Shown here: piece after piece, positions 39,760-49,711 of the stretch
Layout of the letters: each line of letters begins with the position of its first letter
How positions within the stretch are numbered: the first letter of the stretch is position 1
NCBI GenBank assembly: GCA_040005235.1
Contig: JBDTZG010000006.1
Coordinates: forward strand, 64,001-128,000
Source: Acidobacteriota bacterium
GTDB lineage: Bacteria; Acidobacteriota; Thermoanaerobaculia; Multivoradales; UBA5704
Direction of reading: 5' to 3'
Length of the DNA stretch: 64,000 nt
The notes under the pieces: model-generated
Seen by the model: only the letters and a program-made list of their open reading frames with translations
What the model was told of the DNA's origin: nothing
The model's database searches: none
Made by a program: the position numbers and the translations under genes

Positions 39760-40809
39760 CTACGCGGATGGGGTGAGAGATTTCCGCGGCAGCCTGCCCG
39801 CGATCAGCTCCAGCGTCGTCTCGACCACCTTCTCCAGCGGCCCGGCGTCGGCTTTGCCTTGACCGGCGATGCCGAAGGCGGTGCCGTGGTCGACGGAGGT
39901 ACGCAAAAACGGCAGGCCGAGCGTCCAGTTGGTGGCGAGACCGAAGCAGGCGGTCTTGACTGCGATCAGCCCCTGGTCGTGGTACAGCGCGAGCACCCAG
40001 TCGAACTCGCCCTGACGGGCGCGGGCGAACAGCGAATCCGCGCTCTCGGGACCCTGGACGTCGAGGCCCTGGTTCCGCGCCTGAGCGACGGTCGGCGCGA
40101 GCAGCGCTTCGTCCTCGGCGCCGAGCAGGCCCCCTTCGCCCGCGTGGGGATTCATCCCGGCGAGCGCGATTTTTCCTCCGGCGTGGCGGTTCAGGCATTG
40201 GAGCGCCTGGAGAATGGCCTCGGGCGTCACCGCGTCGAGCGCTTCGCGCAACGGCATGTGGACCGTGAGCAATGCGACCTGGAGATCGGGCGCCAAGAAC
40301 GCCATCAAGTAGTCGCGGCCGTAATGTTCGAGACCGCAGACTTCGGCCAGATAGTCGGTATGGCCGACGAAATCGGCGCGGTGGTATTTCGCGATCGAGC
40401 TCTTGGCAATCGGCGCGGTGACCAGCGCATCGGCGACCCCGGTGCGGGTGAGCTCGATTCCGCAATCCAGCGCCGCCATCGCCCCTGCGGCGTCGTGGGC
40501 GCCGGAATGGCCGAACGAAATGGGCCGATTCGGTTCGCCGATCGGGTCGAGCACGGCGATCGAACCGTTCGGGTCGGCGAATGCCGCGAGATCCTCCCGT
40601 TTGGACAGGGAGCCGAGATAGGTCAGCCGCTCCCAGGGGGCATCGGCCAGGACGGGACGGAGCGCTTCGAGCGCCGCGCGCTCCGCCACCAGCAGCGGCT
40701 GCCAGGCCTCCGAGCCCGCGCCCGAAAGGAGCTTCAGGAGGATTTCGGGGCCGATACCCGCGGGATCGCCCTGGGTGAGGGCGAGGATGGGGCGCGCAAG
40801 CTTGCTCAC
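39760..40809 (-). CDS. pdxA: 4-hydroxythreonine-4-phosphate dehydrogenase
   Basis: TQGDPAGIGPEI, TAPIAK, GHTDYL, NPHAGEGG, YHDQGLI, RTSVDHGTAF; GTG overlaps the upstream stop. Confidence 0.93.
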   Translation of the reverse strand: MSKLARPILALTQGDPAGIGPEILLKLLSGAGSEAWQPLLVAERAALEALRPVLADAPWERLTYLGSLSKREDLAAFADPNGSIAVLDPIGEPNRPISFGHSGAHDAAGAMAALDCGIELTRTGVADALVTAPIAKSSIAKYHRADFVGHTDYLAEVCGLEHYGRDYLMAFLAPDLQVALLTVHMPLREALDAVTPEAILQALQCLNRHAGGKIALAGMNPHAGEGGLLGAEDEALLAPTVAQARNQGLDVQGPESADSLFARARQGEFDWVLALYHDQGLIAVKTACFGLATNWTLGLPFLRTSVDHGTAFGIAGQGKADAGPLEKVVETTLELIAGRLPRKSLTPSA

Positions 40810-41159
40810 TCCGCGGGAACCCGGGAGACCGCGGCCCGCTTGCGGGTCCCACGTTGCTGCTCTCGCAGCTCCTCTTCCTTGAACAGGTAGCGGATGTGGT
40901 GCTTCTGGATCAGGAGGTTCGGTCCCTGGTGGCGGTTCAACTTGATCGCCCCCTTGTCGTACCACTCGATCCAACCGCGCAGCTCCTCGTCGTTGTCGAG
41001 GATGACCACGATCGGCGTCTTTGCCGCCATCTGCTTCAGGTAATAGAACTCCTCGGCGTTGGTCTGCTCCGGGGGGCTCTGCTTACGGCGCAGGCTGCGC
41101 GCGGGTGTGTCTTTCTTGATGTCGTTCATGTCGGGACGAATCAGTTTTCGAATAGCCAT
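40806..41159 (-). CDS. Hfq/Sm-like RNA chaperone (divergent)
   Basis: EEFYYLKQMAAKTPIVVILDNDEELRGWIEWYD...LLIQKHHI matches the Hfq Sm1/Sm2 layout. Confidence 0.72.
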   Translation of the reverse strand: MAIRKLIRPDMNDIKKDTPARSLRRKQSPPEQTNAEEFYYLKQMAAKTPIVVILDNDEELRGWIEWYDKGAIKLNRHQGPNLLIQKHHIRYLFKEEELREQQRGTRKRAAVSRVPAE

Positions 41160-41189
41160 AGGGGAGTGGAGGCTCACGGCTGAAGGTGA

Positions 41190-41936
41190 TCAGGCACCGG
41201 TGTCGTCGTAGTTCGGCACCGTAGGGGAGCGGCGTTCCGGATTCTGCGTCTTGTACTGGTCGTCCTCGTAGGCCAGGCAACAAAGCAGGCGTCCGCATTG
41301 GCCGGAGATCTTCGACGGGTTGAGCGAGAGGTTCTGCCGCTTCGCCATCTGGATCGAAATCGGACGGAAATCCTTGAGCCAGGTGGAGCAACATAGCGTC
41401 CGGCCGCACACGCCGATGCCGCCCAACAGGGCCGCCTCGTCGCGCGCGCCGACCTGGATCATCTTCACTTTGACCGAGAAGCGCGCGGACAAGTCGCGCA
41501 CCAGCTGGCGGAAGTCGATCCGCCCTTCGGAGGTGAAATAGAAAGTCGCTTTCTTGCCCGACAGCGCGAAATCGACGCGCGAGATCTTGAGGTCGAGCTT
41601 GAGCGCGCGCGAGCGCTCCTGGGCGAAATGCTTGCCTTCGATCTGGCTCGCCTCCTGCCGCTCGAAGGCGGCGAAATCGTCCTCGTCGGCGGGGCGTAGT
41701 ATCGGGCGCGCGGATGATTTCTGGCACGGCTTGAACACCGGCATCGGCGACTGTTCGACGTGACCGAACGCGGGACCGGATTCGAGATCGACGACCACCC
41801 GCTCGCCGCGGGCGAAGATACGGCCGGCGGTGCCGCAGAGGGTGAGGTTTGTTTCATCGCGGAAGCGGACGCCGACGAAACTGTCTTCGACCGCCGTGGA
41901 CATGCCTTTGAACGAGCAACCGGAACAACCGCTCAT
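41190..41936 (-). CDS. ricT: PSP1 / RicT (YaaT) iron-sulfur regulatory protein
   Basis: FYFTSEGRIDFRQLVRDL, QVGARDEA..GGIGVCGRTLCC, MAKRQNLSLNPSKISGQCGRLLCCL. Confidence 0.92.
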   Translation of the reverse strand: MSGCSGCSFKGMSTAVEDSFVGVRFRDETNLTLCGTAGRIFARGERVVVDLESGPAFGHVEQSPMPVFKPCQKSSARPILRPADEDDFAAFERQEASQIEGKHFAQERSRALKLDLKISRVDFALSGKKATFYFTSEGRIDFRQLVRDLSARFSVKVKMIQVGARDEAALLGGIGVCGRTLCCSTWLKDFRPISIQMAKRQNLSLNPSKISGQCGRLLCCLAYEDDQYKTQNPERRSPTVPNYDDTGA

Positions 41937-42128
41937 GGAAGGTCCGCCTTCGAAACTATCTCGCTCGGCATCATCGCCCGGCGAGCGTTGCAGGATGGAT
42001 ACCAGGCGGTTGCCGGGGGGCAGGCCGCACGGGTACCGCCAATTTGACCTCTACTGTATCCCCTCGGTGCGGGCGGACACCTTCCAAGGAGCGTTTCCGG
42101 CTTCGAGTAAGTCAGCGCTAAGAAACTA

Positions 42129-43439
42129 TCACGAGCCCTCGAACCGCACTCCGGAGAGCACCCGCCGGCCGATGTCGCGGCGAAACACCTTGCCCGGCCA
42201 ATCGATCGCCGGCACCGCGGCGTAGGCCCGGCCGAGCGCCTCGGAAAGATCGTCCCCGGTCGCGCAGACGTTGAGCACTCGGCCCCCTGCGCTGACCAGG
42301 ACGGGGCCGGCCTTCGTATCCACGCCTTGCCGGGTGGCGGTCCCGGCGTGGAAGATCCGCACTCCGGGGAGCGCCGCCGCCTGGTCGAGGGCGCGGATCG
42401 GCTCGCCGGTCGTCGGCCGGTCCGGATAGCCGGGGCTCGCGAGGACGATCGCCGCGGCCGACTCAGGGCGAAACGTCAACTGCTCCTGCTCGAATTTGCC
42501 CGCGGCTCCCGCGGCGAGCACCGGGAGGAGGTCGTCTTCGAGGCGCATCATCAACACCTGCGCCTCGGGGTCGCCGAAGCGGGCGTTGAATTCGAGCACC
42601 TGCGGCCCTTCCGGCGTGATCATCAGTCCGGCGTAGACGACGCCTACGAACCGCCGCCCTTCGGCGGCCATCCCCGCCACGGTGGGCTTGAGCACCCGTT
42701 CGACCACCTCGGCCGCCTGCTCAGGAGAAAGCGCTCCCGACGGGCTGTGGCAGCCCATGCCGCCTGTGTTCGGGCCGGAGTCGCCGTCGCCGATCCGCTT
42801 GTAGTCCTTCGCGGTCGCCAGGGGCAACACCCGTTTGCCGTCCGACAGACCCATGAACGAGACCTCTTCGCCGGGCAGATACTCCTCGATCACCACCCGG
42901 TCGCCAGCGTCGCCGAACCGGCGCTCAGCGAAGATCGCCCCAATCGCGGCCTCGAATTCCACCACGTCGGAGGGGAGGAACACCCCTTTTCCCGCGGCGA
43001 GACCGTCCGCCTTGACGACGACCGGGAAACCTAACGTCGCTTGAGCCGCGCGCGCCTCGTCCGCGCTCTCGGCGAGCGCGAAGCGGGCGGTCGGAATGCC
43101 GTGGCGCGCCATGAACAGCTTGGCGAACACCTTCGAGCCTTCGAGCTCGGCGGCCGCCCGGCTCGGCCCGAACACGGCAAGTCCCCGGGCGGCCAGCTCG
43201 TCGGCGAGGCCGAGGGCGAGCGGCACTTCCGGACCGACCACCGTGAGATCGATCTTTTGCTCGGCGGCGAAATCGGCGAGGCGGGAGATCTGCTCGACCG
43301 CGATCGGCACAAGCTCCGCAATCTCGCCGATCCCGGGATTTCCCGGCGCGCCATAAAGCCGGGAAAGAAGCGGGCTCTGGGCCAATTTCCAACAGAGCGC
43401 GTGCTCGCGGCCGCCGCCGCCGACCACCAGAACCCTCAT
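42129..43439 (-). CDS. purD: Phosphoribosylamine--glycine ligase
   Basis: [56 protein letters not shown]. Confidence 0.97.
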   Translation of the reverse strand: MRVLVVGGGGREHALCWKLAQSPLLSRLYGAPGNPGIGEIAELVPIAVEQISRLADFAAEQKIDLTVVGPEVPLALGLADELAARGLAVFGPSRAAAELEGSKVFAKLFMARHGIPTARFALAESADEARAAQATLGFPVVVKADGLAAGKGVFLPSDVVEFEAAIGAIFAERRFGDAGDRVVIEEYLPGEEVSFMGLSDGKRVLPLATAKDYKRIGDGDSGPNTGGMGCHSPSGALSPEQAAEVVERVLKPTVAGMAAEGRRFVGVVYAGLMITPEGPQVLEFNARFGDPEAQVLMMRLEDDLLPVLAAGAAGKFEQEQLTFRPESAAAIVLASPGYPDRPTTGEPIRALDQAAALPGVRIFHAGTATRQGVDTKAGPVLVSAGGRVLNVCATGDDLSEALGRAYAAVPAIDWPGKVFRRDIGRRVLSGVRFEGS

Positions 43440-44431
43440 CGGTTCGATTCTCCGTTTCTTCCCGCCGCTTGCAGAGCGGTGACCGCCATGGCATCCACGA
43501 TGTCTTCGACCGAGCAGCCGCGCGACAGGTCGTTGACCGGCCGGGCGAGCCCTTGCAGCAGCGGCCCGACTGCGCGGGCGCCCGCCAGCCGTTCGGTCAG
43601 CTTGTAGGCGATGTTGCCGGCATTGAGATCGGGGAAGATCAAAACGTTCGCCTGACCCGCAACCGAGCTGCCCGGCGCCTTCCGCTCCGCGATTTCGGGA
43701 ACCAGCGCCGCGTCGGCCTGCAACTCGCCATCGAGCGCGAATTGAACCCCGCGCACGCGCAGGATGTCGAGCGCCCGCCTCACCTTCTCCACCCGAGGGT
43801 GGCTCGCGCTGCCGCGGGTCGAAAACGACAGCAGGGCGACTCGCGGCTCCTCGCCGAGTAGGACGCGGCAGCTGGTCGCCGCGGCTTCCGCGATATCCGC
43901 CAACTGGTCGGGATCGGGATCAGGGACCACGCCGCAATCGCTGTAGATCAAAGATCGGCCGTCGGGCAGCGCCATCAAAAAGCAAGAGGAGACCGTCGCA
44001 AGGCCCGGTCGCGGGCCGATGGTGCGCAGCGCCGCCCGCAATGTCTCGGCCGTGGTCGCCCTGGCCCCCATCACCGCTCCGTCCGCCCGGCCGGAGAGGA
44101 CCAGCAGATCGGCGAAATAGAGAGGGTCCAGAATGCGCTTGGCCGCCTCAGGAATCGCCCCGACGGTCAGTCCTCGCGCGGCCAGCCGCTCGGCGAGCAG
44201 CGCCTGCAACTCCGGCAGGTCGGGATGGCTTCCCGGATCGATCCGGGTGAGCGAGATCGCCGAGGTACCCAAGATCGACCCCGGCGGCACGATCACGATC
44301 GGCCGACAGATCCCCAGCTCGATCGCCCGCACGGCCGCCGCGATCACTCGCGGGTCATCCCCCTCGGGCAGGACGATGGAAGCCTGAGCGGTCGTCGCTC
44401 GGGCGCGGATGGCTGAGAGAGGGTTGATCAC
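43436..44431 (-). CDS. pta: Phosphate acetyltransferase
   Basis: [54 protein letters not shown]. Confidence 0.9.
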   Translation of the reverse strand: MINPLSAIRARATTAQASIVLPEGDDPRVIAAAVRAIELGICRPIVIVPPGSILGTSAISLTRIDPGSHPDLPELQALLAERLAARGLTVGAIPEAAKRILDPLYFADLLVLSGRADGAVMGARATTAETLRAALRTIGPRPGLATVSSCFLMALPDGRSLIYSDCGVVPDPDPDQLADIAEAAATSCRVLLGEEPRVALLSFSTRGSASHPRVEKVRRALDILRVRGVQFALDGELQADAALVPEIAERKAPGSSVAGQANVLIFPDLNAGNIAYKLTERLAGARAVGPLLQGLARPVNDLSRGCSVEDIVDAMAVTALQAAGRNGESNR

Positions 44432-44623
44432 GGGAGAGCGGGCATTCCTGATTTCTAGTCTACCTAAGAAGCGTCAATCGTTGGCGAAGCGGCCCGGGAA
44501 ATTTGACTATGGATCGAGTGCGTGAAGTGCTGGAAAGCGAGCCCAGAAGAAAGGACTTGAAGTACAATGGACCAATAGACGACCCTCCCGCTCGTCGATG
44601 AGAATTATACCGAAGGGAGTCCT

Positions 44624-46945
44624 ATGACACCTTCAACGAATCCGGAGCGACAGCAGCCCGACCATCCGGAATGGTGCCGGGTCACGCTTGCGAGTATCGG
44701 TGAAGCTGTCATCACGACCGATGCCGAGGGTCGCGTCACTTTCCTCAACTCCTTCGCCGAGACATTGACCGGTTGGACGCAAGACGAGGCGATTGGAGTC
44801 CCGCTCGACAGAGTCTTCAAGACCATCGACCAAGTATCACGCAACTCGGTTGAGAGCCCGAGCGTACGGTCGTTGCGGGACGGCGTGATCGTCGGACTCG
44901 CGAACCACTCGCTGCTCCTCGCGAAGGACGGCACGGAGCGGCCGATCGAGGACTGCGCCGCGCCGATCCGGAGCGCGACAGGGAGCATGGTCGGGGTCGT
45001 CCTGGTCTTTCGAGACATCACCGCACGCTTTCATCAAGAGCAGATACTGGCCAGCGCGGCGAGCTATACCGCGAGCATCATCGCGACTTTGCGCGAGCCG
45101 TTCGTCGTGCTCGATCGGGATCTGCGGGTCAAGACGGCGAATCGGGCGTTCTACGAGGCTTTTCATACCGAAGCGGACGTGACGGAAGGGCAACTCCTCT
45201 CCGAGCTCGGCAACGGGCAGTGGAACATCCCCCGGCTGCGGAGCCTGCTCGACGAAATTCTGGTCGACCGGCAGACCGTTCATGATTACAACGTGGAGCA
45301 CGACTTTCCCGACATCGGCCGCAAGCACATGCTTCTCAACGCCTGCCGCTTTCAGTCGGCGAACGGCGACCCGGACCTCATCCTGCTCGCGATCGAGGAC
45401 GTCAGCGCGCGAAAACGCGCGGAAGCCGACGTCCAAATCTCCGAAGCGCAGTACCGGCGGCTGTTCCAGACGGCCAAGGACGGCATCATCATCCTCGACG
45501 CCGAAACCGGAAAAGTGATCGATGCCAACCCGTTCATGACGGAGTTGCTGGGCTATTCGTGCGACGAGTTCCTGGGCAAGGAGCTTTGGGAGATCGGCTT
45601 GTTCTCGGACAAGCTCGCGAGCCAATCCCTTTACCGCGAGCTCCACGAACAGGGCTACATCCGCTCCGATCACTTGCCGTTGCAGGCCAAGAGCGGCCAG
45701 CGGGCCGAGGTCGAATTCGTCTGCAACACGTATCAAGTGAACGGCAAGAGCGTCGCTCAGTGCAACATCCGGGACATCAGTGAACGGAGCCGGTTGGAAA
45801 AGAAGATTCACGAGCAGACGGTGGCGCTCGCCGACTTGCACCGCCGGAAGGATGAGTTTCTCGCGATGCTCAGCCACGAGCTCCGGAGCCCGCTCGCTCC
45901 AATCGCGAACGCCGTCCACATGCTGCGGCTTCAGCCGAGCGAAACCCCGCTCCAACTCCAGGCCCGCACCATCATCGAACGCCAGATGACGCTCCTCACG
46001 CGGCTGGTCGACGACCTGATGGAAGTCTCCCGCATCACGACCGGTAGGGTGCAGCTTCGTCTTGAGCGAGTCTTGGTCAACGGCATCGTGGAACGCGCGG
46101 TGGAGACGGCTCGGCCGATCATCGAGCGCCACCAGCACGAGCTGACGGTCTCGCTCTCACCTGAGCCGATCTGGCTTTACGCCGACGCGTCCCGGCTGGA
46201 GCAGGTGGTCGTAAACCTTCTCACCAACGCTGCCAAATACACCCCCGAAGGCGGCCAAATCGGGCTGGCCGTGGAGATGTCGGACGACGAGTGCGTGCTG
46301 CGCGTGCGCGATACGGGTGTCGGCATCGCATCCGAGCTGTTGCCTCGGATCTTCGACCTGTTCACCCAAGCGGAACAGTCTCTCGACCGCTCGCAAGGCG
46401 GTCTGGGGATCGGACTCGCCGTCGTTCAGCGGCTGGTCGAGTTGCATGGGGGGCGCGTGAAGGTCCTGAGCGAGCTCGGACAGGGCACCGAGTTCGTCGT
46501 GCATCTGCCCGTCATGCCGTTCAACCCGAAGGAATCCCTTCTGCCCCTCGCCGAAGCCGCTTCGCCGATTGCGCATCGTTTGCGAGTCTTGGTCGTCGAC
46601 GACAATGTGGACGCGGCGGTCAGCTTGGCGATGTTGTTGAGGATGTCGGGCCACGACGTCTGGATGGCGCACACGGGTTCGACGGTCGTCGAGGCGATGA
46701 GCGAACATGATCCGAACGTCGTCTTGCTCGACATCGGCTTGCCGGGCCTCGACGGCTTGCAGGTCGCGAGACGGATTCGCGAGCTACCCAGGCACGCAGA
46801 TGTCGTCCTGGTCGCCATGACCGGCTACGGACAGGAAGCGGACCACGAACGTTCACAGGCAGCGGGGTTCGATCACCACTTGGTCAAGCCCGCAGACTTC
46901 AGTAAAGTCCAAGAGATCCTGGCGAACGTAAAACGGGCCGTCTAG
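44624..46945 (+). CDS. Cytoplasmic hybrid histidine kinase (3 PAS, HisKA, HATPase, REC)
   Basis: PAS repeats; FLAMLSHELRSPL, NLLTNAAKYT, DTGVGI, GGLGIGL; REC VVDDN...LDIGLP...KP. Confidence 0.93.
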   Translation: MTPSTNPERQQPDHPEWCRVTLASIGEAVITTDAEGRVTFLNSFAETLTGWTQDEAIGVPLDRVFKTIDQVSRNSVESPSVRSLRDGVIVGLANHSLLLAKDGTERPIEDCAAPIRSATGSMVGVVLVFRDITARFHQEQILASAASYTASIIATLREPFVVLDRDLRVKTANRAFYEAFHTEADVTEGQLLSELGNGQWNIPRLRSLLDEILVDRQTVHDYNVEHDFPDIGRKHMLLNACRFQSANGDPDLILLAIEDVSARKRAEADVQISEAQYRRLFQTAKDGIIILDAETGKVIDANPFMTELLGYSCDEFLGKELWEIGLFSDKLASQSLYRELHEQGYIRSDHLPLQAKSGQRAEVEFVCNTYQVNGKSVAQCNIRDISERSRLEKKIHEQTVALADLHRRKDEFLAMLSHELRSPLAPIANAVHMLRLQPSETPLQLQARTIIERQMTLLTRLVDDLMEVSRITTGRVQLRLERVLVNGIVERAVETARPIIERHQHELTVSLSPEPIWLYADASRLEQVVVNLLTNAAKYTPEGGQIGLAVEMSDDECVLRVRDTGVGIASELLPRIFDLFTQAEQSLDRSQGGLGIGLAVVQRLVELHGGRVKVLSELGQGTEFVVHLPVMPFNPKESLLPLAEAASPIAHRLRVLVVDDNVDAAVSLAMLLRMSGHDVWMAHTGSTVVEAMSEHDPNVVLLDIGLPGLDGLQVARRIRELPRHADVVLVAMTGYGQEADHERSQAAGFDHHLVKPADFSKVQEILANVKRAV

Positions 46946-46986
46946 AGTCATCTACGGCCGATGACGTCGCCGGTTCAATCAAAAAA

Positions 46987-47217
46987 GATCGAACTTTTCC
47001 GAAAAAAGAGTGAGCTCGAGCGCCTAAAGAGCGAACTCGAACCGTTCGAAAGCGAACTTTTCCGAAAAAAGAGTGAGCTCGAACCGTTCGAGAACGTTCT
47101 CGAGGAGTTTGAAAGCGAACTTGAGCGCCTGAAAAGTGATCTCGAACCGTTTGAGAGTGAACTCGGGGAGCTGAAAAGTGAACTTCAGGAGCTCGTAAGT
47201 GAACTTCTGAGGCCTGC
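46987..47217. repeat. Tandem array B: 11 x 21-bp units with core RAGYGARCTY
   Basis: Cores at exact 21-bp spacing (46987, 47008 ... 47197), e.g. gagtgagctc, aagcgaactt, aagtgaactt; lies between convergent genes. Confidence 0.93.
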
Positions 47218-47224
47218 GCGGCCT

Positions 47225-48040
47225 CTACCGCGCCGCCCGGAACACCAGCGAGGCCCAGAAGCTTTCCCAGTCTGCGTCTTTTGTGTCTTTCGGCGCCTCG
47301 ATCATGTGGACGGCTTTGATCAGCCAGATCTCCCCTCCGGCGGGGCCGGCGGGGAGCTTGAAACGGACCCGGCCCTGGGCGTCGGTGCGGGCTTTCTGCG
47401 CTCCCGCTTCCGGCTTCGAGTGGGGGAGCGCCACCACCAGGGCTCCGGCGAGCGGCTGGCCTTTGTAGAGCAGGCGGACCGGTAGGTCGGCGTCGGCCGG
47501 CAGCTCGAAGGGGTTCTTCTCGGCGACCAGCTCCAACTCCATTCCGACCGGTTTGTCGAATCCGGTTCCCGACGTGCCGCCGACCGCGAGCAGCGCCTTG
47601 ACGCAGCGGGAGTACACCTCGCGGCTGGGCTTGTCGCTCTCGTTCTTCTTCTTGCGCAGGTCGATGATCCGCTCCAGCCCTTCGAGCCGCAAGTAGTCCT
47701 CGAACTTCTGCGGTTCGAGGCTGACCGAGGCACGGTTGGTGTCGTAGACGATCTGGTAGATCCCGGCCGGGCCGACCGAGGCGTAGCCTGCCGGTTCGCC
47801 GCCGCGGATGCCCTGGACCTGCTTTTCGCCGTTCGGGCCGAGGATCGCGAAGCGTTCGATGCGCGCCGGGTCGCGCGGCACCGGATCGCCCACGAAGTTC
47901 TCGCCCACCCGCAGGCGGACCCCCAGTTGGGCATTGGGCGCCGGGGAGAGATTCATCGGCTCGATCCAGAAGTCGTGGGCGACGGCGGGGGTGGCCGCGA
48001 GAAGCAAGGCGAGGGCGATCGATCGGTTCATGGCGTCCAT
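47225..48040 (-). CDS. DUF4198 family exported protein
   Basis: Signal peptide then AHDFWIEP; YSRCVKAL, LELVAEKNP, LYKGQPL, TDAQGRV, WESFWASL. Confidence 0.85.
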   Translation of the reverse strand: MDAMNRSIALALLLAATPAVAHDFWIEPMNLSPAPNAQLGVRLRVGENFVGDPVPRDPARIERFAILGPNGEKQVQGIRGGEPAGYASVGPAGIYQIVYDTNRASVSLEPQKFEDYLRLEGLERIIDLRKKKNESDKPSREVYSRCVKALLAVGGTSGTGFDKPVGMELELVAEKNPFELPADADLPVRLLYKGQPLAGALVVALPHSKPEAGAQKARTDAQGRVRFKLPAGPAGGEIWLIKAVHMIEAPKDTKDADWESFWASLVFRAAR

Positions 48041-48087
48041 TCTTGGGCGGAGTGTATCGAGAGTCGAGGGTCTACCGTCTTTCAAGG

Positions 48088-48124
48088 AAAAACGGGGCGG
48101 GCCTCTCCGAGCGCCCACCCCGTC
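48088..48124 (-). terminator. Intrinsic terminator after the DUF4331 gene
   Basis: Minus strand acggggtgggc...gcccgccccgt followed by TTTT. Confidence 0.65.
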
Positions 48125-48151
48125 CGCCCCTCTCAGGAGGGCGCCGCCGGT

Positions 48152-49630
48152 CTACTCCGGCGAGCCGGAGAGCTCGTGCGGCGAGCCCGGGATCGGCGTG
48201 GTCAGGTACGGGAACGTCGCGTCGAACTGGCTGGCGTCCTGGAGCGTGCCGTCGGTGAACGGCAGGTTGCCGGAGGGCGCGTCGGCCGGGTTGCAGAACA
48301 CACCGGGGAAGGCGTGGCAAAGGACGCCCATGGCGACGCGCAGCTCGGCGTCCACCACGTCATCGCCCGGACGGCGGCCGTTCGGGAAGCCCGCGTTGTC
48401 ACCTCCGAGCACGCCCAGGTTGTTCTGGCTCGCCTTCGGGGTCGCTGCGATCGCGGTGTTCAGACGCTGCATTTCGGCCGGGCCGCCGAGCTGGTTCAAG
48501 CCCGCGACGCCGGTAAGGAATGCCGCCACCAGGTCGGTGCGCGGAAAATTGTTCGGAGCGCGAACGCCGGCCGAACCGAAGAGGATCTCCAGCAGCTCGG
48601 GCAGCGTCGGGTTGGTCACGTAGTCGGCGAACTGGCCGTCGGCGTTCGGCCGGCTGGCGTTGAACTTGTTCTTGTCCTTCAAACCGATGACGATCTCGTT
48701 GACCAGCGGCATGCCGAGGCGCGAGACCTGGACGAACTCACCGCTCTGCGCTTCCGCCTGGTCGAATCCCGGGGCGTTCTTAAGCGTGCGGGTGCGCGGC
48801 AGGGCCGCCGTGGTCCAGCCGCCGATCACGGTGCTGCTCTGAGAAACCAGGCAGGAGGCCGGCACTTCAAGCGCAATCGTGGTGATGTTCTTGTCGGCAA
48901 GCTGGTTGGGGATCGCGTCGCGCGGTCCGAGCGGGTTCGAGAGGTTCACCAGGTCGAAGATTTCGCCGAGGTTGACCGCGAACGACTCTTTACGCTGGCC
49001 GACGAAGACCCGTCCCTCGCCGCAGCCGGGGATGTCGATCGAGTGGAGGAACTGGCCCGCGTACGCGGCGTAGTTGGGGATCGTCTTGTTGCCGACGTTG
49101 TCGAGCGGCTTGGCAAAACGCGTGCTGTGACTGACCGCGTTGGTGATCGGCTGCGTCGTGCGGCCCGGATTGGAGAAGGCGCCGCGGACGACCCACATGG
49201 TGTAGGTCTCGGGGGTGTTCAGGGTCGCGGCACCGGGAGTGGTGACCGGACCGGCGTACTCGATCGGGATCGAAACCTGCTTGCCGCCGACCGGCAGCTG
49301 GATATCGCGCAGGCCGGTGTTGAACTTGAACTGGAAGGAGATGTCCTCAATGCCGTCACCGCCCTGGTCGACGTGGATGCGGTAAAACGCGTCCGGGTCG
49401 AGCGAGAAGTAGTTCGGGCCGCCGTAGGCGTCCTGGAGCGGGAGGTAGTTGGCGATCAAAGTGACGAACCCCGCGCGCCCGGGCTCGTAGCTGTTGAACA
49501 TGTAGAAATCGGTGCCGTCGACTTTCGGGGTCTCCGTGATCAGCGGGGCCTCTCGGTGGCTGGAGGCCGCCGCGGGTAGTGCGATGAGCACTCCGAGCAG
49601 CGCCAACGCGGTGATGTTGAGCTTTCTCAT
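48152..49630 (-). CDS. DUF4331 family secreted protein
   Basis: Signal peptide then SSHREAP; DGTDFYMF, FVGQR, QVSRLGMPLVNE, GFPNGRRPGDDVVD, FPYL. Confidence 0.92.
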   Translation of the reverse strand: MRKLNITALALLGVLIALPAAASSHREAPLITETPKVDGTDFYMFNSYEPGRAGFVTLIANYLPLQDAYGGPNYFSLDPDAFYRIHVDQGGDGIEDISFQFKFNTGLRDIQLPVGGKQVSIPIEYAGPVTTPGAATLNTPETYTMWVVRGAFSNPGRTTQPITNAVSHSTRFAKPLDNVGNKTIPNYAAYAGQFLHSIDIPGCGEGRVFVGQRKESFAVNLGEIFDLVNLSNPLGPRDAIPNQLADKNITTIALEVPASCLVSQSSTVIGGWTTAALPRTRTLKNAPGFDQAEAQSGEFVQVSRLGMPLVNEIVIGLKDKNKFNASRPNADGQFADYVTNPTLPELLEILFGSAGVRAPNNFPRTDLVAAFLTGVAGLNQLGGPAEMQRLNTAIAATPKASQNNLGVLGGDNAGFPNGRRPGDDVVDAELRVAMGVLCHAFPGVFCNPADAPSGNLPFTDGTLQDASQFDATFPYLTTPIPGSPHELSGSPE

Positions 49631-49685
49631 TGGTGAACTTCTCCTGTCGTGTTGGGTTCGGTTACTTCTATGTTCAGAGGGGTTC

Positions 49686-49711
49686 TACGCGCACTTTTCG
49701 GTTTTGGATGA
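49686..49711 (-). promoter_or_regulatory. ECF (SigK-like) promoter candidate for the DUF4331 gene
   Basis: Minus strand TCATCC-N16-CGTA about 55 nt upstream of the ATG. Confidence 0.5.

Noticed and set aside
41937-42128. tRNA-Sec or another ncRNA near the selB operon
   Set aside because: No cloverleaf, UCA anticodon arm or T-loop could be recognised.
46961-47485. 174-aa ORF as a confident gene
   Set aside because: Its N-terminal half is array B and its C-terminal half is antisense to DUF4198; kept only as a hypothesis under findings.
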